DNA from: Alphaproteobacteria bacterium
GTDB lineage: Bacteria; Pseudomonadota; Alphaproteobacteria; UBA828
Assembly: GCA_016869195.1 (NCBI GenBank)
Contig: VGET01000003.1
Location: forward strand, 1 to 44,085
Length of the DNA stretch: 44,085 bases
Direction of reading: 5' to 3'
The stretch's first letter is position 1. Each line of letters opens with the position of its first letter. Under the pieces are notes generated by a model. The model was not told where the DNA came from. It saw only the letters and a program-made list of their open reading frames with translations, and made no database searches. Below, in pieces: positions 7,806 to 14,772 of this stretch. Made by a program: the position numbers and the translations under genes.

Positions 7806-9275
7806 CTAGGGTAGGCAATCGAGATAGGTGTTGAGATCCCATTCGGTGACGTTGGCGAGGAAGCGCTCCCACTCGTCGCGCTTATAGTGCATGAAGACGC
7901 GGAACATCTCGTCCGGCAGTGCCGCCTTGATGAGCTCGTCGTGCTCGAGCGCGTTCAGCGCATCACCGAGGTTCATCGGCAGCTTGTTGACCTGCTTGCC
8001 GGCTTCCATCGCCTCATAGATGTTGCGGCTCTCGGGCTCGCCGGGATCGAGCTTGCTCGAGATGCCGTCATCGAACGCCGCGAGGATGACGCTCGCCATC
8101 AGATAGGGGTTCACCATCGAATCGACCGCGCGATACTCGAAGCGCCCGGGCGCCGAGACGCGCAGGCCGCAGGTGCGATTCTGATAGCCCCAATCGGCGT
8201 AGACCGGCGCCCAGAAACCGGCATCCCACAGCCGCCGATAGGAGTTGACGGTGGAGCAGCCGATCGCGGTCAACGCCGGCAAATGCTTGATGATGCCGCC
8301 GATCGAGTGGAGCCCGATGCGGCCCGGCTTGTTGGAGCCCTTGGTGTCGGGCAGGAAGGTGTTATTGCCGCCCTTGCTATAGGTGAAGACGCTCGGCATG
8401 CCGGGCACCGCGGCGTGGCCGAGCTTGTTGACCTTCTCCTCGCCGCCCTGCCACAGCGAGATGTTGTGGTGGCAGCCATTGGCCGAGACGCCCATGAACG
8501 GCTTGGTCATGAAGCAGGCGATCAGATTGTTCTCGCGCGCGACCTGCGAGCAGATCTGGCGATAGGTGGCGAGCCGATCGGCGGTGCGCAGCGCATCGTC
8601 GAACATGAAATTGAGCTCGAGCTGGCCCGGCGCATCCTCATGATCGCCCTGGATCATGTCGAGCCCCATGGCGCGGGCATATTCGATGACGCGCAGGAAA
8701 ACCGGACGCAGCTCCTCGAACTGGTCGATGTGATAGCAGTTCGGCTTGGTGACGCCGCCGGCCATCTTGCCGTCCGGCCCGCGGCGCAGCCACATCATCT
8801 CGGGCTCGCAGCCATGGCGCATGTGAAGGCCCTTGTGCTTCTTCTTGAAGGCCTCGTGATGGATGCGCAAATTGCCGCGACAATCGGAGGTGAGGTGCCC
8901 GCCCGGGTTCTTCTTCTCCTCGCGATTGCGGAAGCAGGTGCAGAAGACGCGCGCGACCCGCTTGTCCCAGGGCAGTTGCACGAAGGTCTCGGGATCGGGA
9001 ATGCCGATCAACTCCGAGGCCTCGGGGCCATAGCCGATATAGTTCTTGTGACGGTCGAGATAGAGATTGGCGGTTGAGCCATAGACCAGCTGAAAGCCGC
9101 GCTCGGCGATCGACTCCCAATGATCCGCCGGAATGCCCTTGCCGACGATGCGCCCGGTCACCGAGATGAACTGATAGTAGATGTAGGTGATGCCGAGCTC
9201 GTTGATCTTGGCCCGAACCCGCTTCACCTCCTCGGCCCGGCCCTCGCGCTTAACATGGGCCTCAAGATCGGTCAT
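7806..9275 (-). CDS. gmaS: Glutamine synthetase-family ligase, gamma-glutamylmethylamide synthetase-like (GlnT-like)
   Basis: GS catalytic-domain sequences are present (HGCEPEMMW, HEDAPGQLELNF, NGCHHNISLW, NSYRRL). Its position directly upstream of the mgsABC-like genes fits the NMG pathway layout. Confidence 0.65.
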   Translation of the reverse strand: MTDLEAHVKREGRAEEVKRVRAKINELGITYIYYQFISVTGRIVGKGIPADHWESIAERGFQLVYGSTANLYLDRHKNYIGYGPEASELIGIPDPETFVQLPWDKRVARVFCTCFRNREEKKNPGGHLTSDCRGNLRIHHEAFKKKHKGLHMRHGCEPEMMWLRRGPDGKMAGGVTKPNCYHIDQFEELRPVFLRVIEYARAMGLDMIQGDHEDAPGQLELNFMFDDALRTADRLATYRQICSQVARENNLIACFMTKPFMGVSANGCHHNISLWQGGEEKVNKLGHAAVPGMPSVFTYSKGGNNTFLPDTKGSNKPGRIGLHSIGGIIKHLPALTAIGCSTVNSYRRLWDAGFWAPVYADWGYQNRTCGLRVSAPGRFEYRAVDSMVNPYLMASVILAAFDDGISSKLDPGEPESRNIYEAMEAGKQVNKLPMNLGDALNALEHDELIKAALPDEMFRVFMHYKRDEWERFLANVTEWDLNTYLDCLP

Positions 9276-9361
9276 GGCGTCTCCCCTCGCCTTGTCGCCC
9301 CAAGATCCGCCGCGCGCTGACCCCTTTGCATCGTCGCGGCGCTCACGTCTTCAGTCGTTTG

Positions 9362-10714
9362 TCAGCTCCATGGGAACGGGCTGTTCGACACCGGGTGGAG
9401 CTTGCCGGTGGCGAAGCGCGAATGGCGGAACGGCTCCAGCAGCGCGCTCTTCTCGCCCATCAGCTCGCCCGCGACGAGCTTGCCGACCGCGATCATCTTG
9501 TAGCCGTGGTTCGAGTCGGCGATGACCGTGCAGTTCTCGCGGAAGGTGTCGAACACCGGAAAGCTGTCGGGCGTGAAGGCGCCGATGCCGCCCGATGGCT
9601 CCATGCGATATTTGCCCGCCTGGCCCTCATAGCGCTTCTGGCAGAAGGCGAGCGCCGAGCACCACATCTCGGCGAAGCGCTCGTCCACCACGAATTCGGG
9701 CGAGGCCGGGCCGTAGGGATCGACCGCCACCTGCTCGGCCGGGCGTTCCACCTTCCACGGCGAGGCGCCGCCCTGGATGCCGTTGAAGTTGAAGTCGGGC
9801 TTGTAATAGATGCCCCAGATCTTGTCGGTGATCAGCTTGCCGTCGATGTCGGAATAGAGCGGCGCGTCGGTATCGACGTGCATGACCGGCGGCATGGCGC
9901 CGTCATTGGTCAGGCCATAATTCGGCTCCACGCCAAGGGTGCCCTCTTCGAGGCACCAGAAGGTCCACATTGGTACGTCCTTGTGGACCCGGCCGTCGCG
10001 GCCCTTGACGTCGATCCTGTTGGGCAGGTCGAGCAGCTTCCAGATCTGCGGCACCCAGGGCCCGACGCCGACGACCACATGGTCGCACGCGATCAGCCCG
10101 CGGTCGGTCTCGACCGCCGTGATCGCGCCCGAGTTCGAGCCGCTCTTGAAGCCCGTCACCTCGACGCCGGTGAGGATGCGCACGCCGGCCGCGTCGGCCT
10201 TGTCGGCGAGGCGGTAGATCGAGGCTCGGTTGTTGGCGTAGCCGCCCTTCTTCTCGTGCAGGACCGAGGTGATGCCCTTGGCCTGCCAGTCGCTGAAGAT
10301 GGTTTTCATGTAGCGGGCGCAATCGGCCTCGCCCTCGATGAACGACGAGGTATAGCCGATGTCGCGCTGTTCCCGGGCGATCTGGCCGACATTCTCGTGC
10401 ATGACCTCGGGGCTGATCTGCATGTAGCCGACCGGGTGATAGGAATAGCCCTTGGCATCCGCCTCCCACTCGGCGACGCACTCGGCCATCAGCGCGCGCA
10501 TGGCCGGCTGGAAGTAGTTGTTGCGGATCACGCCGCAGGCGATGCCGGACGCGCCCGAGGCGATGCCGCCCTTGTCCAGGACCACGATGTCGTTGGCGCC
10601 GAGCTTGCCCTTTGCCTTCAGGCGCTGCGCCAGATGCCAGGCAGTGCTCAGGCCGTGAATACCGGCGCCAATGACGACGTATTTGGCCTGGGTCGGGAAC
10701 GCCATCGGAGCCAT
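9362..10714 (-). CDS. FAD-dependent oxidoreductase (DAO / sarcosine-oxidase-beta-like)
   Basis: The dinucleotide fold KYVVIGAGIHGLSTA appears right after the ATG at 10714 (an alternative ATG lies at 10705). It is the first gene of the minus-strand operon. The longer ORF-track start (10837) adds 41 non-homologous residues. Confidence 0.65.
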   Translation of the reverse strand: MAPMAFPTQAKYVVIGAGIHGLSTAWHLAQRLKAKGKLGANDIVVLDKGGIASGASGIACGVIRNNYFQPAMRALMAECVAEWEADAKGYSYHPVGYMQISPEVMHENVGQIAREQRDIGYTSSFIEGEADCARYMKTIFSDWQAKGITSVLHEKKGGYANNRASIYRLADKADAAGVRILTGVEVTGFKSGSNSGAITAVETDRGLIACDHVVVGVGPWVPQIWKLLDLPNRIDVKGRDGRVHKDVPMWTFWCLEEGTLGVEPNYGLTNDGAMPPVMHVDTDAPLYSDIDGKLITDKIWGIYYKPDFNFNGIQGGASPWKVERPAEQVAVDPYGPASPEFVVDERFAEMWCSALAFCQKRYEGQAGKYRMEPSGGIGAFTPDSFPVFDTFRENCTVIADSNHGYKMIAVGKLVAGELMGEKSALLEPFRHSRFATGKLHPVSNSPFPWS

Positions 10715-10760
10715 CCCTGGTTCGCGCGCCCTGCCCCCAATGAGCCGACGCTCCAGGCGA

Positions 10761-10791
10761 ATGATAGACGGCGCGGTCGGAAATATGTCAA
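10761..10791 (-). promoter_or_regulatory. Sigma70-like promoter candidate for the FAD-oxidoreductase/gmaS/mgs operon
   Basis: On the minus strand: TTGACA (10791-10786), a 19-nt spacer, then TATCAT (10766-10761). The spacer is longer than optimal. Confidence 0.35.
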
Positions 10792-10818
10792 GCCAAGAGT
10801 GAACCAATCCGGCGCACT

Positions 10819-10834
10819 CCAGAGAAATCTCTGG
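10819..10834. promoter_or_regulatory. Perfect palindrome CCAGAGA-AA-TCTCTGG in the divergent control region
   Basis: Read directly. It lies between the operon promoter candidate and the GntR gene, so it is a plausible operator. Confidence 0.4.
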
Positions 10835-10838
10835 CATC

Positions 10839-10873
10839 TTGATTCAGTTTGATTCAAAATGGCTCGACCAATG
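10839..10873. repeat. Right copy of the inverted repeat: TTGATTCA-gt-TTGATTCA direct repeats followed by GCTCGA and CCAATG
   Basis: TTGATTCA occurs at 10839-10846 and 10849-10856. The reverse complement matches the block order of 3875-3918. Confidence 0.6.
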
Positions 10874-10890
10874 AAAGAGGCGCGTCGACC

Positions 10891-11637
10891 ATGAACACGC
10901 TTGCCGCCGACACCTCGTCCGTGGTCGCTGAGCCGCACCGGCCCGGCCAGCGCGCGGCCTCCGGCCCGCTCGCGATCGCCGCCACGCTGCGCAATCGCAT
11001 CCTCACCGGCACCTACGGCTATGGCGAAAAGATGCCGACCGAACGCGCCATGGCGACGAGCTTCGGCACGTCGCGTGCGACCCTGCGCGAGGCCCTGCGC
11101 CTCCTGGAACAGGGCGGGCTGATCCACCGCCGCGTCGGCAGCGGCACCTATGTGGTTTACCAGTCGGCCGAGGACACCGGCCAGTCGGAGGACGATGTCG
11201 CCGAGATCACGAGCCCGCTGGAACTGGTCGATGTACGCCTCGCGCTAGAGCCGCAGATGGTGCGCCTCGCCGTGCTCAACATGACGGCCAAGGACATCGC
11301 CGGCCTCGATGAGGCGCTGGTTGCAATGGAGAAGAGCGAGGGCGACCCCGAGCGCTTCACCCGCTGGGACCGCGTGTTCCACCAGCGCATCGCCGAGGGC
11401 ACGCGCAACCCGCTCCTTGCCGCGTTCTACCGCCAAGTGAACCATGTGCGCGGGCACGCCCAGTGGAGCCAGATCAAGGGCGCGGTGCTCTCGCCCAAGC
11501 GCATCGCGCACTACAACGCGCTGCACCGCCAGGTCTATGAGGCGATCCGCGCGCGCGACGCCGAAGCCGCCGAGCGCGCCATCGCCACCCACATGGGCGA
11601 GGCCCGCGCCGATTTGCTCAGAGGCGGGTCAAGGTAG
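10891..11637 (+). CDS. GntR-family (FadR/FCD subfamily) transcriptional regulator
   Basis: The N-terminal winged-helix segment (LPTERAMATSFGTSRATLREALRLLEQGGLI) is followed by an all-helical FCD-like C-terminal domain. It is divergent from the C1-amine operon. Confidence 0.75.
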   Translation: MNTLAADTSSVVAEPHRPGQRAASGPLAIAATLRNRILTGTYGYGEKMPTERAMATSFGTSRATLREALRLLEQGGLIHRRVGSGTYVVYQSAEDTGQSEDDVAEITSPLELVDVRLALEPQMVRLAVLNMTAKDIAGLDEALVAMEKSEGDPERFTRWDRVFHQRIAEGTRNPLLAAFYRQVNHVRGHAQWSQIKGAVLSPKRIAHYNALHRQVYEAIRARDAEAAERAIATHMGEARADLLRGGSR

Positions 11638-11646
11638 ATTGCAAGC

Positions 11647-12078
11647 TCAGGGCTCGGCGCGCTTCGGCAAACGGCCGCGGAACTCGGCGGGCGCGAGGAT
11701 TGGCACGACAAAGGAGCCACTGAGCGCCAACAGGTCCTTGTCGCCGGTGACGAGCGCGTTGGCCTTCCCAGCCAGCGCCAGCGCGAGTAACGGTCGATCA
11801 AAGGGATCGCGACAGGGCGGCACCTTGAGGCGCTTCGGCACCGTCACGGCTTCGCACCAGGGTAGATAGTCGCCGAGCAGGTCATCCCGTTCCGCCGGCG
11901 AGAGCCGAAATCGCGGGTAGCCTAGAACGCGAATGAGCTCGGCAGCGCTATCCCGGCTGGCCAGCGGAAGAATGGCGCCCGATTGCCAGGCATGCCTCAG
12001 CCACGACAGCGTCCCTGCGTGGAACAGCAGCGCCGAGAGCAGCACATTGGTGTCAAGAACGACGCGGGGCGCCGTCAT
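11647..12078 (-). CDS. PIN-domain toxin (type II TA toxin component)
   Basis: The N-terminus VVLDTNVLLSALLF and the C-terminal LVTGDKDLL are typical of the PIN family. There is a 4-nt ATGA overlap with the upstream antitoxin gene. Confidence 0.7.
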   Translation of the reverse strand: MTAPRVVLDTNVLLSALLFHAGTLSWLRHAWQSGAILPLASRDSAAELIRVLGYPRFRLSPAERDDLLGDYLPWCEAVTVPKRLKVPPCRDPFDRPLLALALAGKANALVTGDKDLLALSGSFVVPILAPAEFRGRLPKRAEP

Positions 12079-12311
12079 CCGGCCTTGCGCGGCTTCCTTC
12101 GGGCCCAGCCGATCGCCTCTGCCACGTCGGCCTCGTTGAGTCCGAGACCGGCAAGCTTGGATCTGACCGCGGCCGCGCGATTGAGCCGAACCGGCGTCAA
12201 GACGATCCGGCCGTTCTCATCAGCCACCTCGAAATACTCTGTGCCCTGATAGGGGGCGAGCACGGCTTTCGGCAGAGTGAGCTGGTTCTTGGCGGTGAGC
12301 TTGGCGAGCAT
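12075..12311 (-). CDS. AbrB/MazE/SpoVT-type antitoxin
   Basis: 78 aa. The N-terminal LTAKNQLTLPKAV swapped-hairpin signature is present. AGGA SD. It is translationally coupled to the PIN gene. Confidence 0.65.
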   Translation of the reverse strand: MLAKLTAKNQLTLPKAVLAPYQGTEYFEVADENGRIVLTPVRLNRAAAVRSKLAGLGLNEADVAEAIGWARRKPRKAG

Positions 12312-12322
12312 GGCCTGATCCT

Positions 12323-12338
12323 AAGTAAGGAAGTAAGG
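12323..12338. promoter_or_regulatory. Perfect tandem 8-mers AAGTAAGG AAGTAAGG immediately upstream of the antitoxin gene
   Basis: Read directly. They lie 12-27 nt upstream of the antitoxin ATG in a locally AT-richer stretch, so this is a candidate autoregulatory operator. Confidence 0.4.
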
Positions 12339-12525
12339 AAAAGATACTCCTCCAAAGCGTAGTTCTCAACAGCAGCATCTCATTACAGGCCCCCTGCGCG
12401 CCTTCGCCGTCGCTATGAGATCGACCCTAGGTCGCATCGCAATCGGCGCCCGGGATGCGGCGAATGGTTTTGCAGTCATCGGCATGAAACACGACCTTGC
12501 CGAATGTCTGCGATTACGCTTCCAT

Positions 12526-12555
12526 CCGCCTTGAACAAGGCGGGGTGAGCCCGCC
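12526..12555. promoter_or_regulatory. Two overlapping palindromes upstream of the SDR / M-S-L operon
   Basis: CCGCCTTG-AA-CAAGGCGG (12526-12543) overlaps GGCGGG-gtgag-CCCGCC (12539-12555). The pair sits 30-60 nt upstream of the GTG start at 12587. Confidence 0.35.
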
Positions 12556-12586
12556 TCGCCATCGCGGTCCACGGGGAGGACAAACG

Positions 12587-13345
12587 GTGAGGCTCAAAGG
12601 AAAGGTCGCGATCGTCACGGGCGGGTCGAGGGGCATCGGCGCCGCGATCTGCCGCCGCTTCGGCAAGGAGGGCGCCAAGGTCGCGGTCGTCGGCCACAAG
12701 AACATGACGAAGGCGAACGAGGTGGTGGCCGAGATCATGAAGGCCGGCGGCACCGCCAAGGCCTTCAAGGCGGATGTGGCGAAGCCCGCCCAATGCGACA
12801 AGCTCGCCAAGGACGTGCTCAAGGCCTGGGGCACGATCGATATACTGGTCAACAACGCCGGCATCTTCCAATGGGCCTCGGTTGAGGACACCACCGAGAA
12901 GCTGTGGGATGATCAGCACGACCTGAACCTCAAAGGCGCCTTCTTCATGACCAAGGCCGTGGTGCCGACCATGAAGAAAAAGCGCAAAGGCAAGATCGTC
13001 AACATCACCTCGATCGCGGGCGTCGGCGGCTTTCCGAACTCCGCCGCTTATTGCGCGACCAAGGGCGGCCTCGAGATCATGACCAAGGCCTTGTGCTTGG
13101 AGCTCGCCAAGCACGGCATCAACGTGAACTCGCTCGCGCCCGGCAATATCCGCACCGACATGAATGTGCGGCTGCGCAAGGGCGACAAGAACTACGACAA
13201 GCGCCAGGCCTCGCTCACGCCCTCCGGCATCGGGCATCTCGACCCGAACGATCTGGCCGGCGCGGCGGTTTACTTCTCGTCGGACGATGCAGCCCAGACG
13301 CATGGCGCCACGCTTCTGGTTGATGGCGGCTGGTCAGCCTGGTGA
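12587..13345 (+). CDS. Short-chain dehydrogenase/reductase (SDR) family oxidoreductase
   Basis: GTG at 12587 follows GGGGAGGA. TGGSRGIG cofactor motif, NNAG, and a YCATK catalytic Tyr-x3-Lys are all present. Confidence 0.8.
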   Translation: MRLKGKVAIVTGGSRGIGAAICRRFGKEGAKVAVVGHKNMTKANEVVAEIMKAGGTAKAFKADVAKPAQCDKLAKDVLKAWGTIDILVNNAGIFQWASVEDTTEKLWDDQHDLNLKGAFFMTKAVVPTMKKKRKGKIVNITSIAGVGGFPNSAAYCATKGGLEIMTKALCLELAKHGINVNSLAPGNIRTDMNVRLRKGDKNYDKRQASLTPSGIGHLDPNDLAGAAVYFSSDDAAQTHGATLLVDGGWSAW

Positions 13346-13420
13346 GCTGAACGCCAAGAACAGTGACCAGGCCCAATTGGGCCCTTGCAGGGACTCGCAC
13401 AGAGAGGGAGACTACACCCG

Positions 13421-14281
13421 ATGAAACCCGCGCCTTTTCGCTATGTGCGCGCGCGCTCGGTGGATGACGCCGTCGCGGCGCTCGCGCGTGACTCGGAGGC
13501 CAAGGTGTTGGCCGGCGGCCAGAGCTTGATCGCGATGATGAACGTCAGGGCGGCCAAGCCGGACTGCCTGGTGGACATCAACGCGCTTTCCGGCCTCGAC
13601 TACATCAAGGTGAAGGATGGCGGGCTCGCCATCGGCGCGCTGACCCGGCACGAGACCGTGAAGCGTTCGGCGCTCGTCAAGGAGCACTGCCCGTTGCTCG
13701 CCGAGGCCTATGAGTGGATCGCGCATCGCGCGGTGCGCAATCGGGGCACGTTCGGCGGCAATCTGTGCCATGCCGACCCGGCCTCGGAGAACCCGGCGGT
13801 CGCGCTCGTGACCGAGGCGAGTTTCGTGCTGAAAAGCGCCAAGGGCGAGCGCACCGTGGCGGCCGGTGATTTCTTCAAGGGTGTGTATCAAACCGCGGCG
13901 CGGCAGGATGAGCTGCTGATCGAGGTGCGTATCCCGTCTCGCCCAAAGGGCCAGGGCTGGGGCTTCGTCGAGGTCAGCCCGCGCAAGGGCGATTTCGCCA
14001 TGACCGCGACGGTCGTGACGCTCGAGCTTGCCGGCAGCAATGTGAAGGCGGCGAAGATCGCATTGACCGGGGTGTCTGATCGCGCCATTCGGCTGCCGAG
14101 CGTGGAAGCCGCGCTCGCTGGCAAGCCCGCCACCGAGGATTTGTTCCGCGCCGCGGGCGAGGCGGCGCGCAAGGCGATCAACCCCTCGAGCGACTTCCAT
14201 GCCGATGACGCGATGCGGCGCGATCTCGCCTCGACGCTCACACGGCGCGCGCTCACCGCCGCCAAGTCACGCTGCGCCTGA
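13421..14281 (+). CDS. FAD-binding medium subunit of a xanthine-dehydrogenase/CoxM-family molybdoenzyme
   Basis: PFRYVRARSVDDAV, AGGQSLI and RNRGTFGGNL motifs are typical of CoxM/XdhB-like FAD subunits. Confidence 0.8.
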   Translation: MKPAPFRYVRARSVDDAVAALARDSEAKVLAGGQSLIAMMNVRAAKPDCLVDINALSGLDYIKVKDGGLAIGALTRHETVKRSALVKEHCPLLAEAYEWIAHRAVRNRGTFGGNLCHADPASENPAVALVTEASFVLKSAKGERTVAAGDFFKGVYQTAARQDELLIEVRIPSRPKGQGWGFVEVSPRKGDFAMTATVVTLELAGSNVKAAKIALTGVSDRAIRLPSVEAALAGKPATEDLFRAAGEAARKAINPSSDFHADDAMRRDLASTLTRRALTAAKSRCA

Positions 14282-14292
14282 GGGAGAAAACC

Positions 14293-14772
14293 ATGAACAA
14301 GGAAAAGATCACCGTCACGGTGAACGGCAGAAAACATGAGAAGGAGGTCGAGCCCCGGCGCCTCTTGAGCGACTTCATCCGCGAGGATCTCAGGCTCACC
14401 GGCACGCATGTGGGCTGCGAGCACGGCGTGTGCGGCACCTGCACGGTGCTCGTCAACGGCAAGTCGCAGCGCTCCTGCCTCACCTTCGCGGTGATGGCGG
14501 ATGGGGCGGAGATCCAAACCATCGAAGGCCTCGGCACCGCCGAGAAGATGCACCCCCTGCAGCAGGGCTTCTGGGAGAAGCACGGCCTGCAATGCGGCTT
14601 CTGCACGCCGGGCATGCTGATGACCGCGGTCGAGCTCCTGAAGGAGAACCCAAACCCGAGCGTCGATGAGGTGCGCGAAGCGCTCTCCGGCAATCTTTGC
14701 CGGTGCACCGGCTACCAGACCATCGTCGAGTCGATTCAGCGTGGCGCCGAGATCATGCGGGGAGGCAAGTGA
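14293..14772 (+). CDS. [2Fe-2S]-binding small subunit (CoxS-like)
   Basis: The two Cys clusters are CEHGVCGTCTV and QCGFCTPGM...CRCTGY. Confidence 0.85.
   Translation: MNKEKITVTVNGRKHEKEVEPRRLLSDFIREDLRLTGTHVGCEHGVCGTCTVLVNGKSQRSCLTFAVMADGAEIQTIEGLGTAEKMHPLQQGFWEKHGLQCGFCTPGMLMTAVELLKENPNPSVDEVREALSGNLCRCTGYQTIVESIQRGAEIMRGGK

Noticed and set aside
6833-7834. A 333-aa plus-strand ORF opposite the mgsA-like gene. Similar long antisense ORFs occur at 7887..9077, 9326..10852, 20242..21894, 27358..28473, 30543..31628 and 40043..41125.
   Set aside because: These are typical shadow ORFs of high-GC DNA. They are Arg/Ala/Gly/His-rich low-complexity translations with no recognisable motifs, and each lies fully opposite a gene with clear family signatures.
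10839-10856. TTGATTCA repeats as FNR/FixK/CRP boxes.
   Set aside because: The TTGA and TCAA halves are separated by 1 nt within each unit, not by the 6 nt of TTGA-N6-TCAA boxes, and no properly spaced combination exists.
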